DNA of 62,615 nucleotides, filler included, from Chiloscyllium plagiosum (taxonomy: Eukaryota), in the NCBI RefSeq assembly GCF_004010195.1. It is 4 parts of one record of this genome, joined end to end, with 100 filler letters (N's around TTAATTAATTAA, not from the genome) between each part and the next. Parts side by side here need not be neighbours in the genome. Positions count along the whole stretch, not along the records: positions 1 to 20,691 come from NC_057717.1; positions 20,792 to 49,420 come from NC_057717.1; 2 more parts are not named here. The stretch is one strand, 5' to 3'. Below, piece after piece: positions 10,363 through 23,600 of the stretch. The position numbers and the translations under genes were made by a program. How positions within the stretch are numbered: the first letter of the stretch is position 1; the number at the start of each line of letters is the position of its first letter. Under the pieces are notes generated by a model that had not been told where the DNA came from, ran no database searches, and worked only from the letters and a program-made list of their open reading frames with translations.

Positions 10363-13345
10363 GTGGGGGCATTCAAGATGGTGGCGATTCAGTACGCTTG
10401 CCTTGCTGAACTCTGCACCAGAATCCAAAAAAAAATGAGGCACTCACTCTCCATTTATTATCCATTGTGGTCGATATAATTTGTTTTTGCCGCCCAGAAT
10501 TGCTGTGTATAAGTTTAAAATTGCTAGAGCAATGTGTAAAGGGAAGGGACTGCGAGGATTGCAACAAGCAGGGCACTCCCCTACAGCAAGGGATACAACT
10601 GCGCCTGAACCATCGACCTCAGCAAGCGCTCCCGGGGACTCAGCTGTGGAGCAGAGCCTGATCTTGAAGTTTGTGAAACTCTGAGAGAAGATCAATTCAG
10701 CGATGGAGGAGTCCCGGGCCAGACTTGAACCGATCTCCGTTATGCTGCAGAAGCATGGCCAGGAGATCCAACATCTCAGGCAGCACATCATGGAGGTGAA
10801 GCATTGGAATGCAGCCTCTGAAACCGCGGTGGAATCCTTGGCGTGTCAGGTCCAGGCCCTAGAATAGCAGGTACGGGCTTTGAAAGAGCAGGTTGATGAG
10901 CTCGAAAATCAAGGCTGGCGGAAGAATATCTGCCTGGTCGGTCTGTCGGAACAGGAAGAGGGATTCCAGCTGGTCATCTTCTTGGAGCAATGGCTCCCGC
11001 ATTTATTGAAGGTGGAATTCAAGTCGGGACGGGTTCGGGTGAGTGGGACCACCGGTCACTGTGCACAGGCCCGAAATGGACCAGCACCCCCACGCGGTCC
11101 TAGTGTGACACCAGCAGTTACAGAGATAAGAAAATTGTGCTGGAAGCTTCTCGAGCAACGGGGAAGGGGCCACAGTCTCTGATATACAAATGATCGCGAA
11201 TTATGATTTTCCAGAACATTTCTGCGATCGTGATTCGCAAAATGAAGGTCTTTGATGGGTTAAAAAGACGGCTGAGGAACTTGAATATCCAGTACTCTAT
11301 TAGATATCCTGCAATATTACATTTCAGCCCTGACTCACCATAAAAGACAAGGGACTTCCTGGACACTTTAAAGTAGACGGGCTGGCTCAAATAATGTGGA
11401 CAATAATGTTTACTTTATCTTTTCTCTGTAGTTTACCTGCTTGTTGGTTTCTTTTATGTATTTGAGGGTGTCCTCCTTCTTTTTCTTTTTGGTCTCACCT
11501 CTCCCTTGTCTCTCCTCCCGTTATCCTTTGTTTTTAATTTAATCATTTCCTTTTCATTTCTCTCCCTTGATATGGGCTGGCGCGTGGTTGGGGAAGTCGG
11601 GTAGTGTTTTATTGTTTTTTTTAACCAGGCGTGCCGAGGGTTAAAATATTTATAGGACGGGTTGAGTGCCCACTTTACATGTTCTTGTTATGAACTGCGC
11701 GTAACGTTTCCTTACTTTGAGCTTCTAGGGCGAAGGAACGGTTTCAGCTGAAAGGAGCGATGAAGGGGTTAATGTAAGGTATGAGCATCACCTGCAGGGA
11801 AGGGACAAAGTCGACATTCATTTGGTCTGTTGCAGATGTAGATGTTAAAAGTTTCTGATTTGGTAGATTTGGAAGTTGTGTTTATAAATTTATACAAACT
11901 GTGTACTGTTTTCCTTCGGTACGCTATGAGTGGAGTTCTTCCTCCCAAGGTTTCACGCACTATTTCAGATGTCTATGGCTAACAGTGCATTTAAATAAAG
12001 TCTACATTCATTTGGTCTGTTGCAGATGTAGATGTTAAAAGTTTCTGATTTGGTAGATTTGGAAGTTGTGTTTATAAATTTATACAAACTGTTTTCCTTC
12101 GGTACGCTATGAGTGGAGTTCTTCCTCCCAAGGGTTCACGCACTATTTCAGATGTCTATGGCTAACAGTGCATTTAAATGGTGCACCTGGAATGTTAAAG
12201 GGAGTCATTCACCAATTAAGGGTAAAAAGATGCTTACTAGCCTGAGAAAAAAGGAGGGTTGATATTGCCTTGCTGCAAGAAACACATCTAACCAGTAAGG
12301 AGCACTTCAATTTACAGCAGGGAGTGTTCGGACGTGTGTTTTTTTCTCATTCTTTAATTCGAAAAGCAGAGGGGTTACTAACTCATCAAGAAGAATCTTC
12401 AATTTCAACTGAGATCAAATTAAGGATACATATGGGCAGTTTAAGCTTCTTAAAGCTTTAATATATGGAGATATGAATTGAATTTTGTATGTTTACTGCG
12501 CCCGGCACATTCCCTCAAATTTTTAACAGATGCACTTTCTGGGTTTATAGCCATTGAGACGTTTAGCGATGTATTAACTCTGAAGTGGACAGGATGCCTC
12601 GGGGTTACGGGTATGACCCTGCAAGCCAAGCAGCTGGTGTACCTGAACAGGAGCTGGAGTTTGTGGGTGTGTGGAGTTGTCTCCATCCTGAGGGGAGGGA
12701 CTTCACCTTTTTCTCCAGCCACGTAAGTGCTGTACGAGGATTGGCTTTTTTTTACCCTGTTGACGTTTTTTGAATTCTGTGCTGTCCTGCAGAATTGGGA
12801 AGATAGTCATTTCTGATCATGCAGCAGTGTTCGTGGAGGTTAAGTTCGGTGGCGATGGGACAGGCTCACGGCACTGGCACATGACTCCTTTCTTCCTGAA
12901 ATCTAGCAAGTTTATTGAGTATTTTTCAGGGTAATTTAAAATGTTTTGGGACATTAGTTTGGTTACAGCCAGTATTCCATCGGTGGTCCCGGAGACTGCC
13001 CAATGGTCTATGCAAGGAGTTTCATTATTTCTTACTCAGTGACCAAGAAGCAGCAGAAGGCAGAGCAGCCGCGTATGCTCAAGGCTTACCTGAATGCAGC
13101 TGAAACAGCATACCTTAACAGACCATCTGTAACCAAGTTGCAGCAGGTTACAGCCCTCAGCGCTACTTTGAATGCTGCACTGACCCAGACAGCAAATCTC
13201 CTTTGCGAAACAGAGGTTATTTGAGTACGGTAATAAACGGGGCAGATATCTAACATACCTGGCCAGAAAGAAGAATGCCCCCTAATCAATCACATCCATT
13301 AGAGAGAGTGTTGGGACTCTGACTGGTGATGCCAAAAGTTACTTT
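10363..13345 (+). mobile_element. L1 LINE with 5' UTR, ORF1 and ORF2 endonuclease; 3' part missing
   Basis: 5' CAAGATGG start; ORF1 VDELENQGWRKNICLVGLSE (L1 LENRSRRxN motif); T-rich spacer; ORF2 from about 12157 MANSAFKWCTWNVKG..DIALLQETHL; ISDHAAV near 12810. Confidence 0.88.
11810..12178. repeat. About 190-bp tandem duplication at the L1 ORF2 start
   Basis: ACATTCATTTGGTCTGTTGCAGATG...ATGGCTAACAGTGCATTTAAAT is present twice. Confidence 0.9.
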
Positions 13346-13997
13346 CAAATGTAACCAATTAATTAAATCATGCCCAGGATTCCAGAAACCACTGGAAGCT
13401 GAACTTTGTTGTTTTAACACCTGGAAACCAATCAAACAATGAGAATTTAATGTGTCATGGGGAGAATATAAACCTGGTATTTTGAAAATTAATGGGAAAG
13501 CTAACTTCTGTGAGGGATAGAAATTGGGAGAAGGGGAGATCCTTCTGTACAAAATAAAGATTGAGAGCAGACTGGGAATGAGTAACTTAGGTTAATAAAG
13601 AAGCCCAAGAGGGTTGAAAGGAGGTGAAAGGCCTCAAGTGGTTTCACAATACCGGAATTACAGTGCCGGTGGTTTAAGAATGGCACTGGGAAAATGTGTC
13701 TTCACATCCATAAGTGGGACACACAAAGTCACAATGCTAGTCACTGAAGAAAGGCACTGTTGGAAAAGATGTGGTAAAAGAGGCTAAGCCAGTGGCATGA
13801 GTGGAAGTAGTAAAGGAAACCCATGAAAGGTTGAGGAGCTGTAGGAGTGTGCACAGCCGTGGTAGGGGCTGTGTATGGAGTTAGTATCTAATCTTTATAA
13901 AGAAGTCACCTCTGTGGGGAAAGTTTACTCAGAAAGAACAGGGGAGAAGGACAACAAGGTATAATTTTGCAAGATACGGGATCTGCTCAGTCTCTAA

Positions 13998-14631
13998 TAT
14001 TCGAAAAGTGTGGCGCTGGAAAGGTACAACAGATCAGGCAGCATCTGAACATCGAGATATCATCTGGAAAGTGGCGGGGAGGGGGGTAGAAGTGGGCTAA
14101 ACGGTAAATAGGAGGGTAGACGGGGCTGGGGGGAAGGTCACTGGGAAGACGATGGGAAAATGAAGATGTGAACAATCGTGATAGGTCGGAGAGTAGGGTG
14201 GAGTGGACATGTAGGAAGGAAGGTGGACAGTCAGGAGAGTTGAAGAAGGCGATGCTGAGTTGAAGGGTTGGATCTGGGATGAGGTTGGGAGCGGGGAGAA
14301 TTGGAAACTGATGAAGTTGACGTTGATGCCGTGTGGTTGGAAGGACCCAGCTGTCCTACCGCTTATCTGCTTCACCCTGCCCTCTGATCTATCACCATCA
14401 CCCCTCTACCTGCATTTAACTATCGCCCTCCAAGATACTTTCCGCCCAGCTCCACACCCACCTACCTATGTATGTCTCAGAACCGTTTCCCCCAATCCCT
14501 CAGTTTCCCTATGAAGGGGTTACGCCTGAAATGTGTATTCCCCTGCTCCTCGGCTGCTGCCTGACCTGCTGTGCTTTTCCAGCGCCACACCTTTCAACTG
14601 TGATCTCCAGTACCTGTAATCCTCAAATTCT
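13998..14631. mobile_element. Penelope-like element with inverted pseudo-LTR, inserted in the Gypsy element
   Basis: GTGTGGCGCTGGAAA..CAGGCAGCATC at the left end and its reverse complement at the right end; flanking 12-bp TSD CTCAGTCTCTAA / CTCAGCCTCTAA. Confidence 0.8.
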
Positions 14632-16573
14632 CTCAGCCTCTAAAAGTAAGTAATGAAAGTATTTGCATTCCTTCCTTCTGTCATGTTATCTGAGAGACTG
14701 ATAATTTGTGGAATGGGAACAGAAATTTAGTGCTCCCTGTGTAAGGTCGGGTTGGAGATCCAAATCAAGATTGGGGACGTAACCGTGGGAGTGAGTGACA
14801 GACCGTCAGTTTCAGAAATAAAGTTTTATTCTTGAGAACAATTTGGCAGGATCCAAGGTGGGAGTGACACCTTTTGTGGTGGAGCAGTCAAAGGAAGACC
14901 AGGAAACTGAGGAGTTAAAAGCCAAATACCCAGGAAAGTTTCCAGACTGTGTAATAACAAGATCTCACTGTCATAAGTTACAACAAGAAGCGAAAAGTAA
15001 AGAGAAAGACAAAGCAGCGGAAGTTTAATTAGCTGACCCGCTGTTTCATGTAACAGTGCAGGAAAAACTGGAACAGGCAGAGGTGTTTAGTCCTGAAAGA
15101 CTAATTACCTTAAAACAGAAATTTACATAAATTGATGCATACTCAAAAAATGAATCAGAATATATTGTCGAGCGTTAGCAACTTAAAGATAGAATCCTAA
15201 ATGAAATTGGAGACCATGGCGGGTTAATGTAGAGGTTAATGTAGAGGAGAAATGGGCCAACGTTGACTAGATTGTTTTGGCGGTCGCATACAGACAGGAA
15301 GTGTTACGGCTATCACATGGACTACCTATAGGAGGTCATCTAGGTATACCTGCAGGAGATCACCTGGAAGACTCAGGATAGGATACTGGCCTGGAATGCA
15401 CAAGGATGTAGCTATTCTTTTGCCATGTGTGTCCTATATGCCGAATTGTAGGTCAGCCACAGGCAGGGCTAAAACCAGAACATTTGTTGCCAATTCTTGC
15501 GTTCGACGGACCTTTCATGCAGTTTATGATTAGTTGTGTAGGCCACCTTTCTAAACTAAAAGTGGAAACGAATATTTGCTGACCATAATGGATGTGTCTG
15601 CCAGATTACCAAAGGCAATTCCATTACGGAGTGTTAAGGCAAAAAGGATGGTGGAGCTCGTTGACCGATTACAAGAAGGAAAACTGATAATAAATTAGAA
15701 GAAAACAGAATTTTCGAATGCAGAGGTAACGTTCTTGGGACATTACATTGGATATGGAAGGTTGACTTCATGGAACACAAAGACGAAGGGCTTTGAGCTT
15801 TGTCCACAACCATCCTCGATTAAAGAGGAGCTTCGATTTTTGGGACTGAGTGGATTCCATTGGAAGCTTGTTCCAAACTTCAATAGCGTCGTTGAACCAC
15901 TGATGGATTTATTAAAAATGTACACAAAACTTAGGTGTTTAGAACAATTCCAGCCAGCATTTGAGAATTCAAAATCAGCATTAACTACTGCAACAGTTTT
16001 AGCTACACCAAATATTTTGAAAGATTTTAAAATTGCGATTGTTGTGAGCAATATAGGGGTTTGAGATGTATTGATGCCAGAACATGAGAATGGAATGGAA
16101 TGGCCAGTTGGCTACCTGCAAAAAAAAACCGAACACCCACCGGAAAGAAAATGCTCCACTATTGAAAAGGGATTATTGAGTTTGGCACTGGTCTGACAAT
16201 ATTTTATTTATTATGTCGGAGATGAATGGTATAAAACTACAATCCTTTTGCATTTTTTGAAAGATTGAAAGACTAAAATATGAGAATATTTAACTGGAGT
16301 CTGATATTACCGACTTTTAACTGCAAATATATACATATTGTGGACCGTAAAATTGTGATAGCAGACGAGTTATCGCAGATTTAAAGGAAAAAGTGCAGAT
16401 AAGATTTGACATATTCCAATGTTATAAATGTGTGCAGAATTAATATGAAAGGTATTAGTTAGATTAATTACTTTTGAATTTCGTAGTTTTGTGATTCAGA
16501 ATGACAGGAAAAGAAATGAAGCCGTCTTTTCATTCTGATGCTTCATTTCTTTTTCCTGAACGTGGGGTGGAGG

Positions 16574-17340
16574 TGTTATGCAGCTGAAAGCATGTCTGGT
16601 CACATTAAGGCAGAACGGATTTTGCTGAATATAATGTACAGCCAGAACTGCCAACTAATGATCAGGCTGTTCCAAATGTTACAATTGGCTGGTAAATGGA
16701 TACCTGAGTTTTGGTTGCTGTTTTGGTAATAATTAGTTTAAATAATGCCCAGGATACCAGAAGACGATGGAATTTGAATATCATAGTTTGGACACGTGGA
16801 AACCAATCAAATTATGAGAATTTATTGTGTCAGCGGGAGTATATTCACCTGTCATTTTGAACACGAGACGGAGAGTAACTACCAATGAACAGCAGAGCAA
16901 CTGCTGTGGAGACACAAAGGTAACTGGCCATCTAAAACACTCTCTATCAACGATACCTTTACATGTAAAACCTAGTTGCAGTTAAAATAAAAGGAAGAAG
17001 ACCCATGGATATCAGCAGCTGGAAGAGCGAAGGAAGCGGAGGACACCGAGGCTGTGTGGTCTTGAGATTAATTGAATGCAATGTTTCATACATGGGTTAT
17101 AGGAACAGTGTTTGTTTTTCCGAGTTGGAGTCAGATAGTCAGCAGTTAAGAAAAGGGGAATTGTATTTGTGAATAGTTGCTGTTCGTGATTACTATTAAA
17201 GGTAAGAAGCTAAACTGTTATTTTTCTTTAAATAGTGGAATGTCGGAGTTTTTGTCAATCATATTTTAACAAATTACATGGCGAAGTGAGCTTTTCTGGT
17301 GTTTGCTGTAATTAACAGAGGGGTTCGATATCCAAGTCGG
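16574..17340 (+). repeat. 3' LTR of the Gmr1-like element
   Basis: TG start directly after the PPT; 16730-16860 is similar to 13350-13490; the right end is approximate. Confidence 0.65.
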
Positions 17341-17344
17341 AAGT

Positions 17345-18630
17345 GTCCATCTACACTAACCCCATTTCCTTGCACTTGGTCCAAATCCTTCGAGTCCTTT
17401 TCTATTCATATATTTGTCCGAATGCGTTTTTAATGTTGTTACTATACATCTCCCCACCAGACGCATCCACTAGCAGCTCTTTATATCTGCGTACCAGTCT
17501 CTATGTTGAAAACGGTGCCCCTCAGGTTCCCTTATCTCCTTCCATCTAACCTTAAACTGATGCATCTCATCCTTGATTCTCCAAACTTTGGATAAAGACC
17601 CAGGGCATTCACCATATCCATGCCCCTCATGATCTTATATACCTCTATAAGTCCCCATTCAGTCTCCTCTGCTCTAAAGAAGAAGTCTGAGAATATCCAA
17701 ACACTCCCTTTTACTCAGACCATTGGGTTATGGCAACATCCTTGTAAATTTCTTCTGCATTCTTTCTAGTTTAATACTATCTTTCCTTTAACAAAGTGAC
17801 AAAATCTGAACACAATACTTCAAGTGTTGCCTCACCAAAGTCTTCTTTTTCTGGGACATAACTTCCCAACTTGCCCTGACTGATGAAGGCCAGTGTGCCA
17901 AAAGTCTTCTGTCTACCTGTGACTCCACTTTCAGAGAACCGTGAACCTGAACTTCAAAGTATCTCTGTCCGCTACCCCCGTTAAGGCCCTACTATTCACC
18001 ATGAAACACCTACCTTGATATGACTTTCCAAAATGCAAGACCTCACGCCTATCTATGTTAAAGTCCATTTGCCAGCTCTGGGCCCACTTCCCCAGTTGAT
18101 CAGGGTCTTGCTGCATTTTTGATAACCTTCCTCAGTGTCCACGATACTGAATATTTTAGTGTCATCTGCAAATTTAATTAGCATGCTTGTTACAATCTCA
18201 TTACAGTCATTGATAAGAGATAGCAAATAGTATTGGGCCCAGCAGTAACCCCTGAGATTCTCCACCTTTTCACTAATATCCTTCAGGTCAGGAAAATTTC
18301 ATCCTTACCTGGTCTGACCTCCATGTGACTCCAGACCCACAACAAAGTGTTTGACCCTTATCTGCCCTGTGGGCAGTTAAGATGGGCAATAAATGCTGCC
18401 TATCCAGCAATACCCTCATCCAGAAAATGAATTTAAAAACGTTACAGGCCTCCATCCCTACAAGCATTCTTCCACTATTAACCTCTCCTTCCTAACATCA
18501 AACCAATCGTATATCCAATTTGTCTGCTCCCCCTGCATGCTATGCGATCGTATCTTCCAAAGCAGCCTATCATGTGGAACCTAATCAAAGGCCTGACTGA
18601 AATTTGTACAGACTATGTCGACTGCTCTCT
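17345..18630 (-). mobile_element. Decayed CR1 LINE RT to 3' region, antisense
   Basis: ORFs IKFADDTKI and WQMDFNIDRREVLHFG on the minus strand. Confidence 0.88.
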
Positions 18631-19514
18631 ATGTCTACTGATTCAAGAATCTAAGTAAAGCCATGTTCCTACAATTATGGATCACTGCGGATGGAGAATT
18701 TGAGGCAATCTCTACAGATTTGATCTCCTTTGTAAGGAATAATCTTCCTACCACAGACACAGATGTCTGTACCATGAAATGAGAGGGAAGAAGCTGAGGG
18801 TTTAATCTGTAGAGCTATGAGAGAGTAGAGATTGCTGCACTGAAACGTGAGGATTGATTGTGTTCATTTATTTCCAGAAGAGACATTGATAGGGTGAGAA
18901 ATCCCATACTTTACCCAGGTCTGAATGGTATGATTTCATGTCATGTGTACATCAGTACAGGGAAGCACTTTATTTATGAGCAGTGGAGGCAGATCATAGT
19001 AAGCATTGTCAGACAGGTCATAGGGTAAATAGACTTGTACAGAGTAAGGCATACAGGTTACACTGCACAGGACGTGCACTCGACAAGATCAACATGAACA
19101 AGATCAGCATTAGTTGAACTTAGAGAGTCCATTCATCAGTCTAACATGGCTTTCCTAATTGTGTCTAAGCCCTAATTAACTCTCCACATATTAATAAGCA
19201 GTCAGTGTGTGACCCTGCATTGAACATCATGTTGTTCACATTCCCCAACAGCAGCCGCAATACCTTCCATCTGAAACAGGTAGCCATTCTCACCAGCTTC
19301 TGCCCTCCATAGATAATACTATGCTGTCTTCTCGGAGTTGAAAGATGACTTCTTGAGATTTCACACAAAGCATTTCGCTTCCATCCTTACTGCGAAAAAA
19401 ACACGTTAAAGTTCCACGTGTGTATCATGAGCAACGGAGCCACCTGGAACAATGTGGAACAGTCTGTCTGTGCAGCCTCTGCTCCACTTGTTCATCATGT
19501 TAGAGCATCAATTA

Positions 19515-19645
19515 GGAGAAAATAATGATTGCAGATGCTTGGAAATCAGAGGCGGGAGTGTGATGCTGGAAAAGCACAGCAATTCAGGCAGCATCCGAGG
19601 GGCAGGAGAAAACACGTTTCACGCATAAGCTTTTCATCAGGAATC
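19515..19645 (-). mobile_element. Penelope pseudo-LTR fragment with a degenerate hammerhead motif
   Basis: GCTGGAAAAGCACAGC..GGCAGCATCCGAGG; reverse complement contains CTGATGAAAAGCTTATGCGTGAAACGT. Confidence 0.75.
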
Positions 19646-19679
19646 AGCATTAATTACCTCATTCTGTCCCTCTGTAAGA

Positions 19680-20240
19680 GCGTCGAGGGTCTGAATGGTC
19701 TTCTCCTCCTGTTCCTGTGTCAGTGACTCATGGGTCAGAATGGCCTCCTCTTGATCCTGCGTAAGTAACTCAAGGGGCTGAATGGCCTCCTCTTGTTCCT
19801 GTGTAAGTGACTCAAGGGGCTGAGTGGTCTCCTGCTGTTCCTGTGTAAGTGACTAAAGGAGCTGAATGGCTTCTTCCTGTTTCTGTATTATGGACTCAAG
19901 GAGCTGAATGGCCTCCTGCTGTCCCCGTGTAAGTGACTTAAGGTGCTGAATGGCCTCCTTTTCTTCCTGCGTCAGTGACTCAAGTTGCTAAATGGCCTCT
20001 TCCTATTCCTGAGTAAGTCACTCAAGGGGCAGAATGGCCTCCTCCTGTTCCTGTGTAAGTGATTCAAAGGGCTGAATGGCCTCCTCCTATTCCTGTATAA
20101 GTGACTCAAGGGGCAGAATGGCCTCCTCCTATTCCTGCGTAAGTGACTCAAGTGGCTGAATGGTCTCTTCCTGTTTCAGTGTCAGTGACTCAAGGGGCTG
20201 AATGGCCTCCTCCTGTTCCTGTGTTTAATGACTCAAGGTT
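19680..20240 (+). repeat. Minisatellite, about 13 units of 39-42 bp, derived from a CR1/SINE 3' tail
   Basis: Consensus TGACTCAAGGGGCTGAATGGCCTCCTCCTGTTCCTGTGTAAG; the core matches CR1 tails at 418-440 and 57490-57520. Confidence 0.93.
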
Positions 20241-20691
20241 TCTCAGTAACATCGGAAACTACTGGGGTCTCCACAGAGTTAGACGTTTCAGTGACTATCT
20301 CCTGGCTGCTACCCTCTGGCCTTTTTTACTGTATGCTGCTTTATTGCTTTTCCCTCCTGGAGAATTGTATGTGAGAATTAGCTTTTTTTTTTGCCAAGTG
20401 CTTGTGTTTATGGGATCTGACTATATTGGTACAATTAGTTATAATAGGATCTGAAGCAGTTGTTATATTTGCCTTTAGAATAACATAAGGGTTGGATTTA
20501 AACAACCACGTCAAAATATTTTTAAGGGCCTCTGGCCTGGTCCATAACACTGGACTCCTTGCTTCCTGTGTAATAGGCAGGAGGGTCTGAATGGGCTATC
20601 CCTTTTCTTGTTTAGTAGTTTCAATGGGCTGAATGGCTTCCTCATATTCCTGTGAATTGAGCTTGAGATGCTGAATGAGTTCCTCCAGTCC

Positions 20692-20791
20692 NNNNNNNNN
20701 NNNNNNNNNNNNNNNNNNNNNNNNNNNNNNNNNNNTTAATTAATTAANNNNNNNNNNNNNNNNNNNNNNNNNNNNNNNNNNNNNNNNNNNN
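20692..20791. other. Artificial scaffold linker N44-TTAATTAATTAA-N44
   Basis: Exactly 100 bp with a six-frame stop spacer at 20736-20747; identical structures at 49421 and 55651. Confidence 0.95.
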
Positions 20792-23029
20792 AAATACAAG
20801 TGGAAAATGTTGGTGAAACACAGCTGATGATTCAGTATCTTGAGAGTGAAAGAGAGTTAACATATTGAGACGAACATGAGTCTGTTCTGAAAAGTCATAT
20901 TGGTCTCAGAACGTTAATTCTCTTTCTGCTCAGATGCTGTTGGACTTGTTAAAGTTTTCCGCCACTTCCAACTTCCCTTTTCGTTTGGAGTGTGGATATT
21001 TTTCTGATATGAAAGGGAACAGTGAAGCTGCCATTTCAGTTAACTCTCATGAATTTGGTTATGGTCCTTGAATGAAAAATTACAAGTTTTTTATTTGATA
21101 GAGCCCTATATATTAATAACATTTTCAGTGTCATAAATCACCATGCAAATGTTGAATTCAGTGGTCATGAATCACATGATCAATCCTCTATAAGTAACCA
21201 ATTAAATTAAGGATCCCAATCATTACCTCAATGTCATATCATTCTCCAGGTGCCACGAGAGTCATACTCATTCAGCAAGGTCTTACATTTCTGAAACTTT
21301 AGATGAAACTGTGGAAACATAAGATACATTGGCACAGGGCATAGTCATCCATGGGTTTTGGAAGGAAGTAGCATGGCAGATTTTACGTGTCAAACACCAT
21401 CACTCTGGAAAAGGTGAAATAGTACAGCCTAATTGAATCTCTTGTGTCCAAGTGATGCATATACACACAGAGCTGCTTGTAGGCACATTCCAAGATGTCT
21501 TAACAACTGGTTAGTTCCTCGTCAGGATGGCATGTAACTTGGAATATATTTTGTGGAGATCGTTTTCCCATTCTTCCCATTACCAGTGCAGAACGTTCTC
21601 TAATGCCCATTAATCACAGTTTTGCTCAAGGTCGTGGATTCCACGCTCAGTCAAGTCCTGCTTCGATTGAAAGGGAAGTCTCTCTGATCTCACCTCAAAT
21701 TATATTGGAAGATCAGTTGAAAGAACAAGGAGCAAAAGACAAGAATACTTTTTGTTTGAACAATATCCTCACAATATACAAAAGAAAATTGATCCATGGA
21801 CTTCCAATTCTGTTCCAAGATGTTTGTCCTGTTGGTAATGAGGCTGTTTGGTTAAGTATTGTGATAGAGGGACAGGAAGAAACTCCACTCTATACCAATA
21901 GTTAACAAAGCCATCCTGTTCACGGCGCATCAGACAGTGGCAAACACACTTTTTTCTGTTGCTGTTGGACTGTGATCATTTCAAATCCACCATTCACTGA
22001 TGACATGTAATAGCACTGAAGTCAGCAATTTCCAGCATTTAGTATGAGAGCAAAAAGCGAAAGGGAGAGTCAGTGAAAGTGGGAGTGATAGGGAAATGGT
22101 GTGATACACTGTGCGAGAAGTGTGAAGGGAGATGTTCAGTGGAAGGATATGTCACAGCAGAAGGGGCAATGCAAGGGACGTNNNNNNNNNNNNNNNNNNN
22201 NNNNNNNNNNNNNNNNNNNNNNNNNNNNNNNNNNNNNGGACCATCTGTGGCAGGCAATACCATGCAATTAGAAAACTGAGATTGATGGATAATCAAACAT
22301 CACTGTTCAGGAAAATTGGGATCTGGTTTCCTTTGAATATTAGGAAAATGTTTCTCATACTTCTATTATTAACATTATTCTTGTTCAAATTGTACATCCA
22401 CTCTACATTTCTGTATCTCAATCAAGTGCAGACATTTTCTTTTCTCTCCAATTCATTATCTCAACATTATATCACTTTATGTCACCAAACAATATCCAGA
22501 ACAGTGCGTGTTTTTTTCCATGAATTTGCTTCCAATTCAATGTAGAAATGAGAATGTGATTTGATCTTCTACTGCATGCTTATAATGCAGAATTTAATTG
22601 AATCTTTATCCTCATCAACTTAGTTCTTTCAAACAAACTTCAGGAATGAGTTTGCATCCATCCTGCAGATTAAAAAAAAGTTCCCTGTGCTCTGACAGGA
22701 TTGCAGCGAATGTTATAAAGAATGAGTTGCAGGTCCACATAAAATGGAAATGTTGCCGTGCACAGTGCCAAAAGCGAGTCCAAGAACAATGATGTACAAG
22801 CCTTATGAATAAAACATGCAGAGGGCCGGAGTATAAAAGCAGAATTCAGTTCCATGTCCAAAATAGAATTTGTGGCTCTCTAATAAAAGCCCTCTCCTGC
22901 ATCATGTTGCAAATTCACCAAAAGAGGGAAAACTATAGACTGGAATTATCAATTCTTCCTCTGCAACAACGACTGTAGAACAGGTAGAAAATCAAGTTTT
23001 GTTTCTGATATTCATACACGTTGATGATA

Positions 23030-23600
23030 AGAATGTGGGAGATGGAGGTGGGGGTTAGAGTATGATAAACAATGTTGTGGATGACACAATGATTATTCCA
23101 GTGATTCACAGTGAGGATGAAAGTGTTAGGTTACAGGAGGGTAGAACTGGCTTGTTCAGATGGCCACAACAATGATCAAAAAACTTAACACTGCAATATG
23201 TGAGATGCTGCACTTTGAATGAATAACAACAGAAGAGAGTACTCAAACCATGAAGATAGACTAGATTTGCTTTTGCTTTACTTTGTAGCAGAGAAGGTTA
23301 TGGGGTGAACCTGACAGAGGTGTATAACAACATGAGAGGTATAGACAGAGTGAGCAGATAGCAGCTGTTCCCCTTCGTCAAACGGTTAAATACAAGGGGG
23401 TACACGTTTAAAGTGAAAGACAAGAGATTGAGTGAGGATTTGTGAAATCTATTTTGAACACAGAGTGTGATATGCTTCTGGAATGCATTGCCTGTGAGGG
23501 TGGGTGAGGAAGGGAACCGTACAAACTTGGCAAAGCACTTGTGTCAGCACTTGATGGTGCCAGATTTGATAGGCATCTTCTTTATTCTACGATTCCATGA
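23030..23600 (+). mobile_element. Old CR1 3' fragment
   Basis: GATGACACAA..., GAGAAGGTTATGGGGTGAACCTGACAGAGG..., CTGGAATGCATTGCCTG, and an ATTCTACGATTCCATGAT tail. Confidence 0.75.

Larger units (their letters stand above)
13350..17340 (+). mobile_element. Gypsy LTR retrotransposon, Gmr1-like (integrase upstream of RT/RNase H), internally deleted
   Basis: IN zinc finger HGLPIGGHLG...C..C..VG (15300-15460) and core YLLTIMDVSARLPKAIPLRS (about 15570-15640) precede RT EVTFLGHYIG..RFLGLSGFH and RNase H-like sequence (15700-16380). PPT GTGGGGTGGAGG then TGTTA at 16574; related LTR sequence at 13350-13490. Confidence 0.85.

Noticed and set aside
19680..20240. Regular 42-bp repeats as a possible CRISPR array
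   Set aside because: Head-to-tail units without spacers; the unit derives from the CR1 tail.
20950..22980. Apparently non-repetitive sequence examined for GPCR exon 2 or another gene
   Set aside because: The frames I translated gave frequent stops and no recognisable motif; TTTCAG|TTAAC near 21040 does not continue into TM-like sequence. A tBLASTx search would be needed to exclude a decayed element.
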